Shown one piece after another: positions 61,601 through 64,000 of a stretch of DNA of 64,000 bases. The translations under genes and the position numbers were made by a program. The notes under the pieces are model-generated. The model saw only the letters and a program-made list of their open reading frames with translations. It made no database searches and was not told the DNA's origin. The DNA is from Vicugna vicugna (lineage: Eukaryota), in NCBI GenBank assembly GCA_013265495.1, contig MU058065.1:7254302-7318301 (forward strand). The letters run 5' to 3'. Within the stretch, counting starts at the first letter, position 1, and each line of letters starts with the position of its first letter.

Positions 61601-63797
61601 AGTATGGAAGTACTAGCTATAGCAATGAGACAAGAAAAAGAAATTAAAAGGGATCCAAATTGGAAGAGAAGAGGTAAAACTGTCACTATATGCAGATGAC
61701 ATGATACTATGTATAGAAAACCCTAAAGACTGCACACAAAAACTACTAAAGCTTATAAACAAATTCAGCAAGGTAGCAGGATACAAGACTAACATACAGA
61801 AATCTGTTACATTTCTTTACACTAACAATAAAACATCAGAAAAGGAAAGTAAAAAAAGATCTCTTTTAAAATTGCATCAAAAAATAAAATAAAATACTTA
61901 GGAATAAACCTGACCATGGAGGTGAAAGACTTATATGCAGATAACTATAAAACATTGATTAAGGAAATTAAAGATGATTTAAAGAAATGGAAAGATATCC
62001 TATGCTCTTGGATTGGAAGAATTAATATTGTTAAAATGTCCATACTTTCAAAGCAATCCACAGGTTTAATGCAATCCCTATGAAATTAACTAGGAAATTT
62101 TTTTACAGAACTAGAACAAATAATCTTAAAATTTATATGGAATCACAAAAAACCCCCCAGAATTGCCAAGGTAATACTGAAGAAAAAGAACAAAGCTGGA
62201 GGAATATCCTTCCTAGGCTTCAGACAATACTACAGAGCTACAGTAAACAAAACAGCATGATACTGGTACAAAAAACAGACATATGGATCTCTGTAACAAA
62301 ATAGAGAGCCCAGAAATAAACCCATGCACCCACAGTCAATTAATCTTTGACAAAGGAGGCAAGAATATACAGTGGAGAAAAGACAGTCTCTTCAGCAAGT
62401 GGTGTTGGGAAAGCTGGACAGCCACATGTAAATCAGTGAAGTAAGAACACTCCCTCATACCATATATAAGAATAAAGTCAAAATGGCTTAAAGATTTAAA
62501 CATAATACAAGATACTATAAACCTCCTATTAAAAAACATAGGCAAAACATTCTCTGACATAAATCTTAGTAATGTTCTTCTAGGGCAGTCTACCCAGGCA
62601 ACAGAAATACATGCAAAAATAAACAAATGGGATCCAATTAAAATTATAAGCTTTTATAGAGCAAAAGAAATTATGAACAAAACAGAAAGACAATCTATGG
62701 AATGGGAGAAAATATTTGCAAAAAATTTGACTGATGAGGGCTTAATTTCCAGAATTTATAAACACTTATACAACTCAATATCAAAAAATTAACAATCCAA
62801 TCAAAAAATGGGCAAAAGACCTAGACCAACATTTCTCCAATGAAGACATACAAATGGCCAATAGGCACATGAGAAAATGCTCAATATCACTAATTATAAG
62901 AGAAATGTAAATCAAAACTACAATGAGGTATCACCTCACACCAGTCAGAATAGCTATCATTAAAACGTCCACAAAGAATAAATGGTGGAGAGGGTGTGGA
63001 GAAAAGGGAACCTTCTTACACTGTTGGTGGGAATGTAGTTTGGTGCAGCCATTATGGAAAACAGTATGGAGGTTCCTCAAAAAACTAAAAATAGACTTAC
63101 CATATGATCTGGCAATCCCACTCCTGGTCATATACCCAGAGGGAACTCTAATTCAAAAAGATACACGCACCCCAGTGTTCATAGCAGCATTGTATACAAT
63201 ATCCAAGATATGGAAACAACATAAATATCCATGGACAGATGACTAGGTGAAGAAGTGTGGTATATATGTACAATGGAATACTACTCAGCAATAAAAAGAA
63301 TAAAATAATGCCATTTTCAGCAATATAGATGGACCTGGAGATAGTCATTCTAAATGAAGTAAGCCAGAAAGAGAAAGAATATCACTCATATGTGGAATAT
63401 AAAAAAAAAGGAAAGAAAGAAAGAAAAAAAGAGGACACTAATGAACTCATCCACAAAACAGAAACAGAATCACAGACATAATAAACAATCTTATGGTTAT
63501 TGAGGATAAAGGGGTGGGAAGGGATGAATCTGGGAATTTGAGATTTGTAAATGTTAACCACTGTATATAAAAATAGATAAAAAACCGTATTTCTTCTGTA
63601 TAGCACAGGGAACTATTTACAATATCCTGTAATAACATTTAATGAAAAAGAATATGAAAATGAATATATGTATATATATACATGACTGGCACATTGTGCT
63701 GTATACCAGAAACGGACACATTGTAAATGACTATACTTCAATAAAAAATAACAATAATAAAAATAATAAAGAAAAAATGAAAATGTTAAAAAAAAGA
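61601..63797 (+). mobile_element. Young 5'-truncated L1 (~2.2 kb): RT C-half, ORF2 C-terminus, 3'UTR and A-rich tail; frameshifted
   Basis: [14 protein letters not shown]; ctatatgcagatgacatg (YADD motif); [14 protein letters not shown]...[15 protein letters not shown]...[13 protein letters not shown]; cttcaataaaaa at ~63736-63747. Confidence 0.95.
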
Positions 63798-64000
63798 AAC
63801 ATGTTTGGAAAACAGTGGATGACTAAGTTGGTCTGTAACAGAGTGGCGCACAGGGAGACAGCAGGAAATACCTGTTGTCCGAAAGTTAGGCTGGGCCATG
63901 TCTGGCAGGCTCTGGAAACCTCTTTCAACCTTGAACCACCTTTCTGGGCCTTCGTTCTTCCTGATGTCTCCAGGTTTGGTATCCAGAGTAGTCATTACAT

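Overview
Mammalian (eutherian) non-coding DNA, intergenic or deep-intronic. I found no supportable protein-coding exon, tRNA, rRNA or CRISPR array. Much of the window is decayed interspersed repeat: a partial Tigger1, L1s of several ages, L2, MIR, MaLR/ERVL solo LTRs and hAT MITEs. It also holds microsatellites and one 3'-truncated 7SK retropseudogene with a target-site duplication (TSD). The young L1 3' ends resemble camelid L1, and I saw no Alu, B1/B2, Bov-A/BovB, PRE-1 or CAN-SINE, so a camelid is the likely source (inference from memory, not a search). I see no evidence of a new multi-gene system. The most interesting signals are mechanistic fossils and candidate enhancers: a tailless 7SK retrocopy, a 32-bp L1 tail-only insertion with a perfect 20-bp TSD, an internally primed L1, a triplicated 21-mer at an L1 5' junction, an unassigned AT-rich element with inverted ends, a microsatellite-spawning site shared by four L1 copies, and a double-E-box cluster. 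Repeat family names are from recall and need Dfam/RepeatMasker confirmation. Boundaries are approximate unless a TSD is given.
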